A stretch of DNA of 64,000 nt from Candidatus Latescibacterota bacterium (GTDB lineage Bacteria > Latescibacterota > UBA2968 > UBA8231), in NCBI GenBank assembly GCA_964291625.2, contig OZ220089.1, positions 1,632,001 to 1,696,000 on the forward strand, written 5' to 3'. The position numbers and the translations under genes are program-made. The notes under the pieces are model-generated. The model did not search any database. It saw only the letters and a list, made by a program, of their open reading frames with translations, and was not told the DNA's origin. The first letter of the stretch is position 1. Each line of letters opens with the position of its first letter. This document shows, piece by piece, positions 45,431 through 55,041 of the stretch.

Positions 45431-47407
45431 ATGGACCGCATCCCCCCCGACTCCCACTCCACCCTCCAGGGGCGAGATCTCGCCCGCGCCCCCGCCGGGC
45501 CCGACTCCACCGTCTCCCTGCGGGGGATCGCGGTGGGCTGCCTCCTGTGCGCGGTCATCGGCGTCGGGGCCCCGTACACGACCATGCTCCTGCGGGGGAC
45601 GCCCATGGGGTTCTCCTCTAGCACGCCGGCGGCCTTCTTCCTGCTCTTCGCGGTCATGCTCGTCCACGTGCTGCTCCGATGCTGCCGGCGCACCTGGGGG
45701 TTCACCCGGGGGGAGCTGATCACGGCCACGGTGATGATGATGGTGGCCGCGGCGATCCCCACGCGCGGGGTGACGGGCATGCTCCTGCCCATGATCTCGG
45801 GGATCTACTACTACGCCTCCCCCGAGAACCGCTGGGCCGAGCAGCTCCATCCGTACCTGGCGGAATGGACGCTCATGGGCGATCCGGAGGCGGTGCAGGG
45901 GCTCTACGAGGGCGGCATGCCGGTGCCCTGGGCGAGCTGGATTCCGCCGCTGCTGGGGTGGCTGGTCTTCTACGCCGCCTTCTACCTGACCCTCGTCTGC
46001 GTCATGGCCATCCTGCGGCGCCAGTGGGTGGACCACGAGCGCCTGCCCTTCCCCATGGCCCAGGTGCCGCTGGCGCTGTTCCGGCAGGAACGCGGCGCCA
46101 TCCTGCCGGATGTCTTCCGGCGGCTGAGCCTGTGGGTCGGTTTCGCCGTGCCCGCGGCGGTGGGCGGCCTGCAGGGGCTGCAGCACTACCTGCCCGAGGT
46201 GCCGGTGCCCCAGCTGGCGACCAGCGTCGACCTGCTCCCGGGGGTGCCGGTGCGGATCGGGGTGAACTTCCTGATGCTGGGCTTCGCCTGGTTCATCAAC
46301 ACCAGCATCGCCTTCAGTCTCTGGTTCTTCTACCTGCTCACCGCGGTGCAGAGGAAACTGCTGCACATGGCGGGCGTCGACACGACCCACCTCGGCCAGG
46401 GCTACTGGACGGAGCCCGTCCTCGGGCAGCAGTCGATGGGGGCCCTGATCGTGTTCATCGCCGCCGGACTCTGGTACGCCCGCGGGCACCTGCGGGCGGT
46501 GTGGCGCAAGGCGGTCCGGGGGGACGCCTCGATCGACGACGGCGGCGAGATCCTCCCCTTCCGCTGGGCCGTCCTCGGCGGCGGCGCCGGCCTGGGGGGC
46601 ATGACCGTGTGGCTGTGGCGGGCGGGCATGCCGGGGTGGGCGGCGCCGATCCTCGTGGTGGCGGCCCTCGTGATCTTCACCGGGCTCACCCGGGCCGTGG
46701 CCGAAGGGGGCATCCCCACGATCTCACCGGGCATGGTGGCGCCCGGCTTCGTGGTCGCCGCCGTGGGCGGGCCGGCCCTGGGTCCCGCCGGCCTGCTGGC
46801 GACCGGCCACAGCCTCGTGTGGTGCGGGGAGCTGCTGGTCTTCATGATGGCGCCCCTGGCCAACGGTCTGCGCCTGGGCAGCGAGACCTCCGGCAACCGG
46901 CGCCGGCTGCTGGCCGCCATCGCCCTGGCCATGCTGGTCACCCTGGCCGTGTCGGTCTGGTTCACCCTTCGCATGGCCTACCACCACGGCGGCCTGAACC
47001 TGCACGGCCAGTTCTTCGGCTCCTTCCCCCGCTACCCCGGGGAGCAGGCCATGTACCAGCTCGACAACCCCACGGGGCCGAGCGTCACCGGCCTCCTGTG
47101 GATGCTCGGCGGCGGGGTGGTGATGACCGGCCTCATGGTGGCCCGCCATCACTTCGCCGCCTGGCCCCTGCACCCCCTCGGGTTCGCCGTCGCCCCGGGG
47201 TGGACCATGGGGGTCCTGTGGTCCTCCATCTGCCTCGCCTGGGTGATCAAGCGCGCCGTGCTCCGGTACTGCGGAGCCCGGACCTACGAACGCACCAAGC
47301 CGTTCTTCGTGGGGCTGATCCTGGGGCAACTGGTGATCGCCGGCCTGTGGCTGATCGTCGACTGCTTCACCGGCACGGTGGGCAACGTCATCCCCGTGTT
47401 CTACTGA
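45431..47407 (+). CDS. DUF6785/DUF6784-like polytopic membrane protein, copy 2
   Basis: Collinear tandem paralog of 43369-45348; start MDRIPPD set by alignment to copy 1. Confidence 0.8.
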   Translation: MDRIPPDSHSTLQGRDLARAPAGPDSTVSLRGIAVGCLLCAVIGVGAPYTTMLLRGTPMGFSSSTPAAFFLLFAVMLVHVLLRCCRRTWGFTRGELITATVMMMVAAAIPTRGVTGMLLPMISGIYYYASPENRWAEQLHPYLAEWTLMGDPEAVQGLYEGGMPVPWASWIPPLLGWLVFYAAFYLTLVCVMAILRRQWVDHERLPFPMAQVPLALFRQERGAILPDVFRRLSLWVGFAVPAAVGGLQGLQHYLPEVPVPQLATSVDLLPGVPVRIGVNFLMLGFAWFINTSIAFSLWFFYLLTAVQRKLLHMAGVDTTHLGQGYWTEPVLGQQSMGALIVFIAAGLWYARGHLRAVWRKAVRGDASIDDGGEILPFRWAVLGGGAGLGGMTVWLWRAGMPGWAAPILVVAALVIFTGLTRAVAEGGIPTISPGMVAPGFVVAAVGGPALGPAGLLATGHSLVWCGELLVFMMAPLANGLRLGSETSGNRRRLLAAIALAMLVTLAVSVWFTLRMAYHHGGLNLHGQFFGSFPRYPGEQAMYQLDNPTGPSVTGLLWMLGGGVVMTGLMVARHHFAAWPLHPLGFAVAPGWTMGVLWSSICLAWVIKRAVLRYCGARTYERTKPFFVGLILGQLVIAGLWLIVDCFTGTVGNVIPVFY

Positions 47408-47425
47408 CCGGGGCGGGTTTCCGGA

Positions 47426-48766
47426 TCAGGCGCGGATCACGGCGAGCACCTCGTCGCGCTTCTCCTCCATCCGCCGCGGGCTCAGGGCCTCGAGGTTGAG
47501 GCGCAGCAGGGGCTCGGTGTTGGAGGCGCGCACGTTGAAGTGCCAGTCGTCGAAGCTCACGGAGACGCCGTCGAGGCGCTCGATGCGGCCGTCGGCGTAG
47601 CGCCGGGCCAGCTCCTCCAACATGGCGGCGGGATCGTCCACCCGGGAGTTGATCTCCCCCGAGAGGAAGTAGCGGGACTCCAGGGGCGAGAGCAGCCGCG
47701 ACAGGGGCTGGCCGCTCTCCGACATCATCTGCATCAACACCAGGGCCGGGACGAGGCCGGAGTCGGCGCCGAAGAAGTCGCGGAAGTAGTAGTGGCCGGA
47801 CAGCTCGCCGGCGAAGACGCCGCCCTCGCGCAGCAGCCGCGGCTTGAGGAAGGAGTGGCCCACCCGCTCCTGGCGGGCCTCGCCCCCGGCGGCCCGGATC
47901 TCGTCGCGCACCGCCCACGAGCAGCGCACATCGTGGACGATGGTGCCGCCGCCCTCGCGGCGCAGCAGCCAGGCGCCCATCAACGCCGTCAGGAAGTCGC
48001 CGGGGACGAAGCGGCCGCGGTCGTCGATGGCGAAGAAGCGGTCGCCGTCGCCGTCGAAGGCGAAGCCCGCGTCGGCCCCCTCGGCCACCACCCGGCGCTG
48101 CAGCTCGGCACGGTTCTCCTCCTGCATGGGGTCGAGACCGTGGTTGGGCAGGGAGCCGTCGGGTTCGAGGTACATCCCCGTCAGCTCCACGGGCAGGCGC
48201 TCGAAGACGCGCTCGAGGACGGGGCCGACCATGCCGTTGCCGGTGTCGGCGACGATCTTCAACGGCCGCAAGCGGTCCACCTCCACCAGGGACAGGACCT
48301 TGTCGACGAAGCCCTCGCCCAGGTCGAGGCTCTGGACGCGGCCGGAGCCCGGAGCCGGGCGCCAGTTCTCGGTTTCGATGAGCCGCCGCAGATCCTGGAT
48401 GCCCTCGTCCCCCGACAGCAGGAAGGGCATCTCGCGCACCATCTTGAAGCCGCAGTACTCGGGCGGGTTGTGGGAGGCGGTGACCATGATCCCCGGCCGG
48501 CGGCGGGTGGCGCAGGCAAAGTAGTACTGATCGGTGCTGACCATGCCGAGGTCGAGGACGTCGGCCCCCTGGCGCGTGAGCCCCTCCACGAGGGCGGCGC
48601 ACACGGCGGGACTCGACAGGCGCATGTCGCGGCCGACGACGACCTGCGGCGGCCGCAGCAGGGTGGCGAAGGCGCGGCCCACGGCCAGCGCCGTGGACTC
48701 GTCGAGCTGGGAGGGGTAGAGGCCGCGGATGTCGTAGGCCTTGAAGATGGAGGGATCGACGCGCAT
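47426..48766 (-). CDS. manB: Phosphomannomutase/phosphoglucomutase
   Basis: IFKAYDIRG, VTASHNP, FDGDGDR, GELSGHYYF, VRASNTEPLLRLN. Confidence 0.93.
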   Translation of the reverse strand: MRVDPSIFKAYDIRGLYPSQLDESTALAVGRAFATLLRPPQVVVGRDMRLSSPAVCAALVEGLTRQGADVLDLGMVSTDQYYFACATRRRPGIMVTASHNPPEYCGFKMVREMPFLLSGDEGIQDLRRLIETENWRPAPGSGRVQSLDLGEGFVDKVLSLVEVDRLRPLKIVADTGNGMVGPVLERVFERLPVELTGMYLEPDGSLPNHGLDPMQEENRAELQRRVVAEGADAGFAFDGDGDRFFAIDDRGRFVPGDFLTALMGAWLLRREGGGTIVHDVRCSWAVRDEIRAAGGEARQERVGHSFLKPRLLREGGVFAGELSGHYYFRDFFGADSGLVPALVLMQMMSESGQPLSRLLSPLESRYFLSGEINSRVDDPAAMLEELARRYADGRIERLDGVSVSFDDWHFNVRASNTEPLLRLNLEALSPRRMEEKRDEVLAVIRA

Positions 48767-48797
48767 GCCGTTAGTTTACCGCCAGGAGGAAGTGAGA

Positions 48798-49292
48798 GTG
48801 AAGAGACTCCTCGTCATGCGTCACGCCAAGTCCGACTGGTCGAGCCCGGACCAGGAGGACTTCGACCGCCCCCTGAACAAGCGCGGCCGCAAGGACGTGC
48901 CCCGTGTGGCCGGGTTCCTGGAAGCCTGCGACCGGCCGCCCGACCTGGTCCTGGCCTCGGCGGCGGTGCGCGCCCAGGAGACGGCGGCGCGCCTCGTGGA
49001 GGAGCTGGAGGAGGGCCCCCAGCTGGTCCTCGACGGCCGCCTGTACATGGCCGGCCCGGAGGTCCTCTCCGAGGTGCTGGCCAGCACCGCCGGCAAGGCC
49101 GGCACCGCCATGGTCATCGCCCACAACCCCGGCATGGAGCAGTGGATCGCCCGACTCACCGGCGCCCGCGTGCGCCTGCCCACGGCGGCCGTGGCCGGCG
49201 TCGACCTGGAGGTCCCCCGCTGGGAGGGTCCGTTGGAGGGAGAGTTGCAGTGGCTGGTCACGCCCCGGCTGCTGCGGAGCCTCGGCTGGTGA
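48798..49292 (+). CDS. sixA: SixA-like histidine phosphatase
   Basis: LLVMRHAKSDW, DRPLN.RG, S.A.RA.ETA, AHNPG; AGGAGG RBS before GTG. Confidence 0.85.
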   Translation: MKRLLVMRHAKSDWSSPDQEDFDRPLNKRGRKDVPRVAGFLEACDRPPDLVLASAAVRAQETAARLVEELEEGPQLVLDGRLYMAGPEVLSEVLASTAGKAGTAMVIAHNPGMEQWIARLTGARVRLPTAAVAGVDLEVPRWEGPLEGELQWLVTPRLLRSLGW

Positions 49293-49313
49293 GCCTGCGC
49301 CCGGAGACCCGGA

Positions 49314-50279
49314 CTACCTCTTGAAGTCCTCGATGATCCGGCGCAGCGCCTCGTCGAGATCGACCTTGGGGTCGTAGCCGATCAGGCCGCGGATCTTGCG
49401 CAGGTCGGGGGCGCGGTACTCCAGGTCCTCGTAGAGGCCGCTGCGGCGCGTCTGGCCGTATGGGATGTAGGCGATCTCGGAGCTGGAGCCGGTGAGCTCC
49501 TTGATCTTGTGCGCCAGGTCGCGGATGCTGCTCTCGTAGTTCGACCCGAGGTTGAGGACCTCGCCCACCACCCGGTCGCTGGCGGCCATCGCCACGAGGC
49601 CGTCGACGGCGTCGTCGATGTAGGTGAAGCAGCGGCGCTGCTCGCCGTTGTCGTAGACCGTGATCGGGTCCCCGAGCAAGGCCTGCTTGATGAAGCGCGG
49701 CACCACCATGCCGTAGCGTCCGGTCTGGCGCGGGCCGATGACGTTGAAGGGCCGCACGATCACCGTGGGCAGCCGCTTCTCGCGCCAGTAGGCCAGGGCC
49801 AGCAGCTCGTCCACCGCCTTGGTGGTGGAGTAGCTCCAGCGCAGCACCGTCGTCGGCCCGAGAATGCGGTCGCTGTCCTCCTTGAAAGGCACGTGGCCGT
49901 TCTTCTTGCCGTAGATCTCGGAGGTCGAGGCCAGGACGACCCGCTTCTTGCCCTCGTTGGCCAGCTCCAGGAGGATCTCGGTGCCGCGGATGTTGGTGCT
50001 CAGCGTCTGCAGCGGGTTCTCCAGCACGTACTCCACCCCCACCGCCGCCGCCAGGTGGTAGATCAGCTCGCACTCCTCCACGAGGACGCGCATGACCGCG
50101 GCGTTGAGGATGTCGTCGATGTGACAGGTGCAGAGCGGGTGCTCCTGCAGGTGCTGGATGTTCTCGATGAGGCTGGTGGAGAGGTTGTCGATGATCGCCA
50201 CCTCGTCGCCCATCTCCAGGTGGCGCTCGGCCAGGTGGGAGCCGATGAAGCCCGCGCCGCCGGTGATCAGGACCTTCAT
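49314..50279 (-). CDS. NAD-dependent nucleotide-sugar epimerase/dehydratase
   Basis: MKVLITGGAGFIGSHL, ASTSEIYG, YSTTK (YxxxK), RPFNVIGPRQ. Confidence 0.93.
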   Translation of the reverse strand: MKVLITGGAGFIGSHLAERHLEMGDEVAIIDNLSTSLIENIQHLQEHPLCTCHIDDILNAAVMRVLVEECELIYHLAAAVGVEYVLENPLQTLSTNIRGTEILLELANEGKKRVVLASTSEIYGKKNGHVPFKEDSDRILGPTTVLRWSYSTTKAVDELLALAYWREKRLPTVIVRPFNVIGPRQTGRYGMVVPRFIKQALLGDPITVYDNGEQRRCFTYIDDAVDGLVAMAASDRVVGEVLNLGSNYESSIRDLAHKIKELTGSSSEIAYIPYGQTRRSGLYEDLEYRAPDLRKIRGLIGYDPKVDLDEALRRIIEDFKR

Positions 50280-50929
50280 GGCCGTCCTTCCACCAGGTAG
50301 TCCCGGCTCAGCGTCGTGACCCGCACGTGACGCCAGCCCGCCGCCCGCAGGCCGTCCTCGACCTGGCGCCGGTCGTAGAAGAACACGGGGCACCCCCTCG
50401 CCTTGAGCCGCAGCCAGCGGGTGGGCGTGCGCAGGCGCCAGCGGATGGGGAAGCTGAAGACGCCGCGGCCCGTGGTCAGCTGGCGCATGCGCTCCAGGAC
50501 CGGCGCCGGATCGGGCACGTAGTCGAAGAACCCGATCCCGAGGCAGATGTCGAAGTCGTGGGGCGCCTGCCACTGCCGGAACTCCCCCGCCTCGAACCGG
50601 CAGCGCCCGTCGACGCGGGCCTCGGCGGCCGCCGCCCGCGCCATCGCGAGCATGGCCGGCGCCATGTCGAGGCCGGTGACGCGGGCGCCGCGGCGGGCGA
50701 ACTCCACCGAGTAGCGGCCGGAGCCGCAGCCCACGTCGAGGACCCGCTGGCCGGCGACGTCTCCGCAGCGGGCGAAGGTCAGGGCGAAACGCTGGTGAAC
50801 GACGCCGCGGAACAGGGCGTCTAGGCAGCGCCGGGCGAGGCCCTTCTCGGTGTCGTAGATGGCGTCGAAGCGCGCCGCCTCGCCGTCGAAGTGGCGGCGG
50901 ACGGCCTCGACCGTGGCGGCTGCGCTCAC
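50276..50929 (-). CDS. Class I SAM-dependent methyltransferase
   Basis: VLDVGCGSGRY, VTGLD; start set at GTG overlapping the upstream stop. Confidence 0.88.
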   Translation of the reverse strand: MSAAATVEAVRRHFDGEAARFDAIYDTEKGLARRCLDALFRGVVHQRFALTFARCGDVAGQRVLDVGCGSGRYSVEFARRGARVTGLDMAPAMLAMARAAAAEARVDGRCRFEAGEFRQWQAPHDFDICLGIGFFDYVPDPAPVLERMRQLTTGRGVFSFPIRWRLRTPTRWLRLKARGCPVFFYDRRQVEDGLRAAGWRHVRVTTLSRDYLVEGRP

Positions 50930-51795
50930 CCCGTCTCCGGTGACCCCGCCAGCGGCCACCCCCGGGCGGCGAGGACCTCGGCCGCCGTGGTGAAGGGGAA
51001 GTCGGACAGGAGTCGGCGCAACCGTTTTTCCGTGCGGGCCAGGTTGAGGTAGTGGGTCCAGGCGATGCGGCGCGGCATGGGGATCCGGGGGTGCTCCGGA
51101 TCGAGTTCCCAGGGGTGCAGGTAGAACACCGCCGGGTGGCCCTCGGCGGCGATCCGCCGGAGGCCGAAGTGGGTCACAATATAGGGGTAGAGCCGGAAGT
51201 AGGCACCACCGGCCACGGGCAGGTTGACCCCGCCCAGACGCCAGGTCGAGGGCGGCAGCTCGACGATGCCGGCCCCGGTCTCGTGGACCCAGCGCGGGGC
51301 CTCCGGGACCCCGTAGCGGTAGTTGCGCACCGGGAAGACGCTGGAGTCGTAGCGGATGCCGCACTCCCGGAGGATCTCGAAGGCCCACCCCGTCCCCCGC
51401 CGGATGGAGAAGTAGGGGGCGCGGAACCCCCGGACCGGGGCCGGGACCAGGCCCGCCAGGACCTCCAGCGAGCGCTCCAGGTCGGCGCGGAACGCCTCCG
51501 GCCCCATGCGGCTCACGAAGCCGTGGCCGTACCCGTGGGTGGCGATCTCGTGGCCCCGGGCGGCGATCTCGCGCACCAGGCCGGGCGCGGACTCGGCGGC
51601 CGCTCCCAGGACGAAGAAGGTGGCCCGCGCTCCGGCGGCGGCCAGCAGGTCGAGGAGCCGGTCCGTGCCCACCGCCACCCGGCGCTCGAAGCCGCTCCAG
51701 TCCGCGGGATCGATCTCCAGGCCGTGGAACCAGTCCTCGAAGTCCACGGTGAAAGCGTGGACAGGGGATTCCGCCGCCCGGCGCGCGGCGGTCAC
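50926..51795 (-). CDS. Polysaccharide deacetylase (DUF3473-type)
   Basis: FTVDFEDWF, ATFFVLG, HEIATHGYGH, GFRAPYFSI, YDSSVFP, GGAYFRLYP, FYLHPWELD. Confidence 0.92.
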   Translation of the reverse strand: MTAARRAAESPVHAFTVDFEDWFHGLEIDPADWSGFERRVAVGTDRLLDLLAAAGARATFFVLGAAAESAPGLVREIAARGHEIATHGYGHGFVSRMGPEAFRADLERSLEVLAGLVPAPVRGFRAPYFSIRRGTGWAFEILRECGIRYDSSVFPVRNYRYGVPEAPRWVHETGAGIVELPPSTWRLGGVNLPVAGGAYFRLYPYIVTHFGLRRIAAEGHPAVFYLHPWELDPEHPRIPMPRRIAWTHYLNLARTEKRLRRLLSDFPFTTAAEVLAARGWPLAGSPETG

Positions 51796-52883
51796 CGGGA
51801 GCCTCCGAGCCCGCGGAGCATGGCCAGCAGCCGCGGCGCGTGCACGGCCAGGCCGTAGCGATCCTCCACCCGCTGCCGCCCCCGTTCGCCGAAGGCCCTG
51901 CGCAGGGCCGGGTCGCGGGCCAGCCGCAGGAGGGCCGACTCCCAGGCGGCCTCGTCGGCGGCCAGGAACCCGGTCTCGCCGTCGGCCACGATCTCGCCGT
52001 TGACGCCTACGGGATGGGCCACCACCGGCAGCGCCGCGGCCATGTACTGGAGCAGCTTGTAACCCCCCTTCCCACGCGTCCACGGGTCGTCGGGCAGAGG
52101 CATGAGGCCGACCTCCCAGCCGCCCAGGTCCTCCGCCTCCCGCTCCAGGCTCCAGGGGCGGCACTCGACCTCCACCCCGCCGAGGCTCCACTCGGCCCCG
52201 ACGACGCAGACCCTCACCGGCTCCTGGCGCGCCACCCGCCGCAGCGGCTCGGCGATCAGCTCCAGGTAGCCGGCGGTGGAGGCGCTGCCGATCCAACCGA
52301 GGACCACCGGGCCCGCCCCCCCGTCTCGGCGAATCCCGGCGAAGGGCGCCGGGTCGATCGGGCCGGTGATGGTCAGCACCGGCCCGTAGCGCCCGGCGAA
52401 CTCCCCCGTGTAGGGGTTCTCCACCACGGCGAGGCGGGCGAGGCGGAGCATGGCGGGCAGACCGGCGGCGGCGCGCCGCTCCCGCCAGCGGGCCAGGAGG
52501 CCGCCGGGGCGCCCCCCGGTCTCGGTGGTGAAGATGGCGTCGTCGAAGTCATAGACCACGGGCACCCCGGTGCGGTGGATCAGCCAGCGCACCGGCGCCG
52601 GGAAGATCACCTTCTGCAGGAACAGGGCGTCGGCGCCCCGGGCGCGGCGCCAGGCCCGCAGGCCGCAGGCGGCGTTGCGCCAGGCGGCGCGCAGGTAGTA
52701 GAGGGCCTTGGCCAGGGGCCGGCCGGAAGCCGCCAGCTGCGAGCCGCCCAGGGCCTCGTCGGGCAGCACGGTGAGGACCTCGCAGTCGACGCCGCCGGCC
52801 CGCAGGTAGGGCAGGTACTGGAAGACGCGGGTGCGGCTGCTGGCCGCGCGCGGGCCGTACTTGGTGACGAACAGGACGCGCAC
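51792..52883 (-). CDS. Glycosyltransferase family 4
   Basis: ASSRTRV.QY, YDFDDAIF, GWIGS, KGGYKLLQYMAAALPVV. Confidence 0.9.
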   Translation of the reverse strand: MRVLFVTKYGPRAASSRTRVFQYLPYLRAGGVDCEVLTVLPDEALGGSQLAASGRPLAKALYYLRAAWRNAACGLRAWRRARGADALFLQKVIFPAPVRWLIHRTGVPVVYDFDDAIFTTETGGRPGGLLARWRERRAAAGLPAMLRLARLAVVENPYTGEFAGRYGPVLTITGPIDPAPFAGIRRDGGAGPVVLGWIGSASTAGYLELIAEPLRRVARQEPVRVCVVGAEWSLGGVEVECRPWSLEREAEDLGGWEVGLMPLPDDPWTRGKGGYKLLQYMAAALPVVAHPVGVNGEIVADGETGFLAADEAAWESALLRLARDPALRRAFGERGRQRVEDRYGLAVHAPRLLAMLRGLGGSR

Positions 52884-52933
52884 GGCGGCGCTGACCGGGC
52901 GCTACGGGCGCGGGACGGCGCGCCCGGCCTCCA

Positions 52934-54085
52934 TCAGCCCGCCGCCGCCGGTTGCCGGCGCTCGCCCTCGGCGAAGGCGCGCACCGCGGCGATGACGCGG
53001 TCCTGATGCTCCTCGGTGAGGCCCGGGTAGAGGGGGATGGAGAGGATGCGCTGCCACACCCGCTCGGTCACCGGCAGACGGGTCGTGCAGGGGCGGAAGA
53101 GCCGGTAGAGGTGGTTGGGGTAGAAGTGGACGTTGGAGTCGATCCCGCAGGCGTCGAGGTGGGCGAAGAGGCCGTCGCGGTCGTCGACCTGGATGACGGC
53201 GTTGTAGCAGGCGCTGAGGGCGTAGTCGCGGGCGGCGAGACAGTCGACGCCGTCGAGGCCGGCGAAGGCCTCGCGGTAGCGGGCCATCAACTCCCGCCGC
53301 CGCTGGTTGTTGGCCTCCAGGCTGTCCATCTGCGCCAGGCCCAGGGCGGCGGCGAGGTCGTTCATCTCGTACTTCCAGCCCACCTCCTCGACCTCGTACA
53401 TCCACGAACGCTTCGGCTGCCCCGGCCGGAAGCGCTCCCACGTGGGCCGGGTGATGCCGCACCAGCGCAGCTTGCGCACCCGTCCGGCCAGCGCCTCGTC
53501 GCCGGTGACCAGCATGCCGCCGTCGCCGGTGGTCATGTTCTTGGTCGCCTGGAAGCTGAAGCAGCCCACGTCGCCGAGGGAGCCGAGGCGGCGGCCCCGG
53601 TAGAGCCCCCCGCACCCGTGGGCGGCGTCCTCGACCACGGTCAGCCCGTGGGCGGCGGCCAGCTCCAGGACGGGGTCCATGTCGCAGGCCTGGCCGCCGT
53701 AGTGGGTGACGACGATGGCCCGGGTGGTGGGGGTGATCTTCCGGGCCACATCGTCGACGCTGAGGTTCAGCGTGTCGGGCTCGATGTCGCAGAACACGGG
53801 GCGCCCGCCGGCGAGCAGGATCGCCTGGGTCGAGGAGACCCAGGTCAGGGAACTGGTGAGGACCTCCTGGCCCTCGACCTCGGCGCACAGCAGGCCCAGG
53901 TGAAGGGCCGCCGTGGCCGAGTTGAGGGCCACCGCGTGGTCGACGCCGATGTACTCGGCGAAGCGCTCCTCGAAGTGGATGCTGCGCGGCCCCCGGCCGA
54001 CCCAGCGGCTGTCCAGGGTCTCGCACAGGGCGGCCTTCTCGGCGGCGCCGAGGGTGGGGCGGAAGAGCTGGATGCGCTCGCTCAA
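52934..54085 (-). CDS. DegT/DnrJ/EryC1/StrS sugar aminotransferase
   Basis: NSATAALHL, VEDAAH, FSFQATKNMTTGDGG; TTG start overlapping the GT2 stop. Confidence 0.93.
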   Translation of the reverse strand: MSERIQLFRPTLGAAEKAALCETLDSRWVGRGPRSIHFEERFAEYIGVDHAVALNSATAALHLGLLCAEVEGQEVLTSSLTWVSSTQAILLAGGRPVFCDIEPDTLNLSVDDVARKITPTTRAIVVTHYGGQACDMDPVLELAAAHGLTVVEDAAHGCGGLYRGRRLGSLGDVGCFSFQATKNMTTGDGGMLVTGDEALAGRVRKLRWCGITRPTWERFRPGQPKRSWMYEVEEVGWKYEMNDLAAALGLAQMDSLEANNQRRRELMARYREAFAGLDGVDCLAARDYALSACYNAVIQVDDRDGLFAHLDACGIDSNVHFYPNHLYRLFRPCTTRLPVTERVWQRILSIPLYPGLTEEHQDRVIAAVRAFAEGERRQPAAAG

Positions 54086-55041
54086 GAGGCTCCTCCGGGC
54101 CGCGGATCCCGCGGCGCCCAGAAGCCGCGGTCGGCGAGGGTGCGCCACAGGATGCGGCGGTAGGCGCCGAGGCGTTCCCGGGCCTCGCCCCGGGTGCGGG
54201 CGCGGACCAGCCAGAGCAGGGACCAGAGGCAGGCGCGCAGGATCATCTCGATGCCGGTGAGCAGACGCAGGAGGTGCAGGCGGCCGCGGCCGAAATGCTT
54301 CTGATGGAGGTAGTACTGGCTCCGCTGGCTCACGACGAGCATCTCCCCCAGGCGCTGGCGGATGCTGCGGCCCTCGTGGTGGACGACCCGGCTCCGCGGG
54401 AAGTAGACGACGCGCCAGCCGGCGTGGCCCAGGCGCATGCACCACTCCACGTCCTCGTGGCACATGAACATGCCGTCGTCGAGAAGACCGGCGGCCTCGA
54501 CGGCTTCCCGGCGGACCAGGAGGCAGGCGCCCGTGGCCCAGCCCACATCCTCCGCCCGGCCGCGGCGGCGGGCCAATCTACGGTCGGGGAACAGTCTGTG
54601 CAACAACAGCTTATGCGCGATCAGGGAGAGCCTTCCCGGGGTCTCTCCCCAGGAGAGTTCCAGGTTGCCGCGGCCGTCCTCCAGGCGCGGGCCGACGGCC
54701 CCCACGCGGGCGTTGCGGTCGGCGAAATCCACCATCCCGCCCAGGGCCCCCGGGTCGACGCGGGTGTCGGGGTTGAGGAGCAGCAGGTGGCGGCCGCGAG
54801 CCCGGCCGAGGGCGAGGTTGTGGCCGCCGCTGAACCCGAGGTTCTCGCGGCAGCGGATGACCGCCGCCTCCGGGAAGCACTCCTCCACCATGTCGGCGCT
54901 GCCGTCCGCCGAGGCGTTGTCGACGACGAACAGCTCCCACGCGGCGCTGCGCGGGTCCTCGCGGATCGAGCCCAGGCAGTCGCGCAGCAGCTCGCGGGTG
55001 TTCCAGCTGACGATGGAGATCGACAGCTCCGGGGCGCTCAC
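54082..55041 (-). CDS. Glycosyltransferase family 2
   Basis: SISIVSWNT, VVDNASADGS, NLGFSGGHN, LLNPD, GACLLVRR, EDVEWC.R. Confidence 0.92.
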   Translation of the reverse strand: MSAPELSISIVSWNTRELLRDCLGSIREDPRSAAWELFVVDNASADGSADMVEECFPEAAVIRCRENLGFSGGHNLALGRARGRHLLLLNPDTRVDPGALGGMVDFADRNARVGAVGPRLEDGRGNLELSWGETPGRLSLIAHKLLLHRLFPDRRLARRRGRAEDVGWATGACLLVRREAVEAAGLLDDGMFMCHEDVEWCMRLGHAGWRVVYFPRSRVVHHEGRSIRQRLGEMLVVSQRSQYYLHQKHFGRGRLHLLRLLTGIEMILRACLWSLLWLVRARTRGEARERLGAYRRILWRTLADRGFWAPRDPRPGGAS

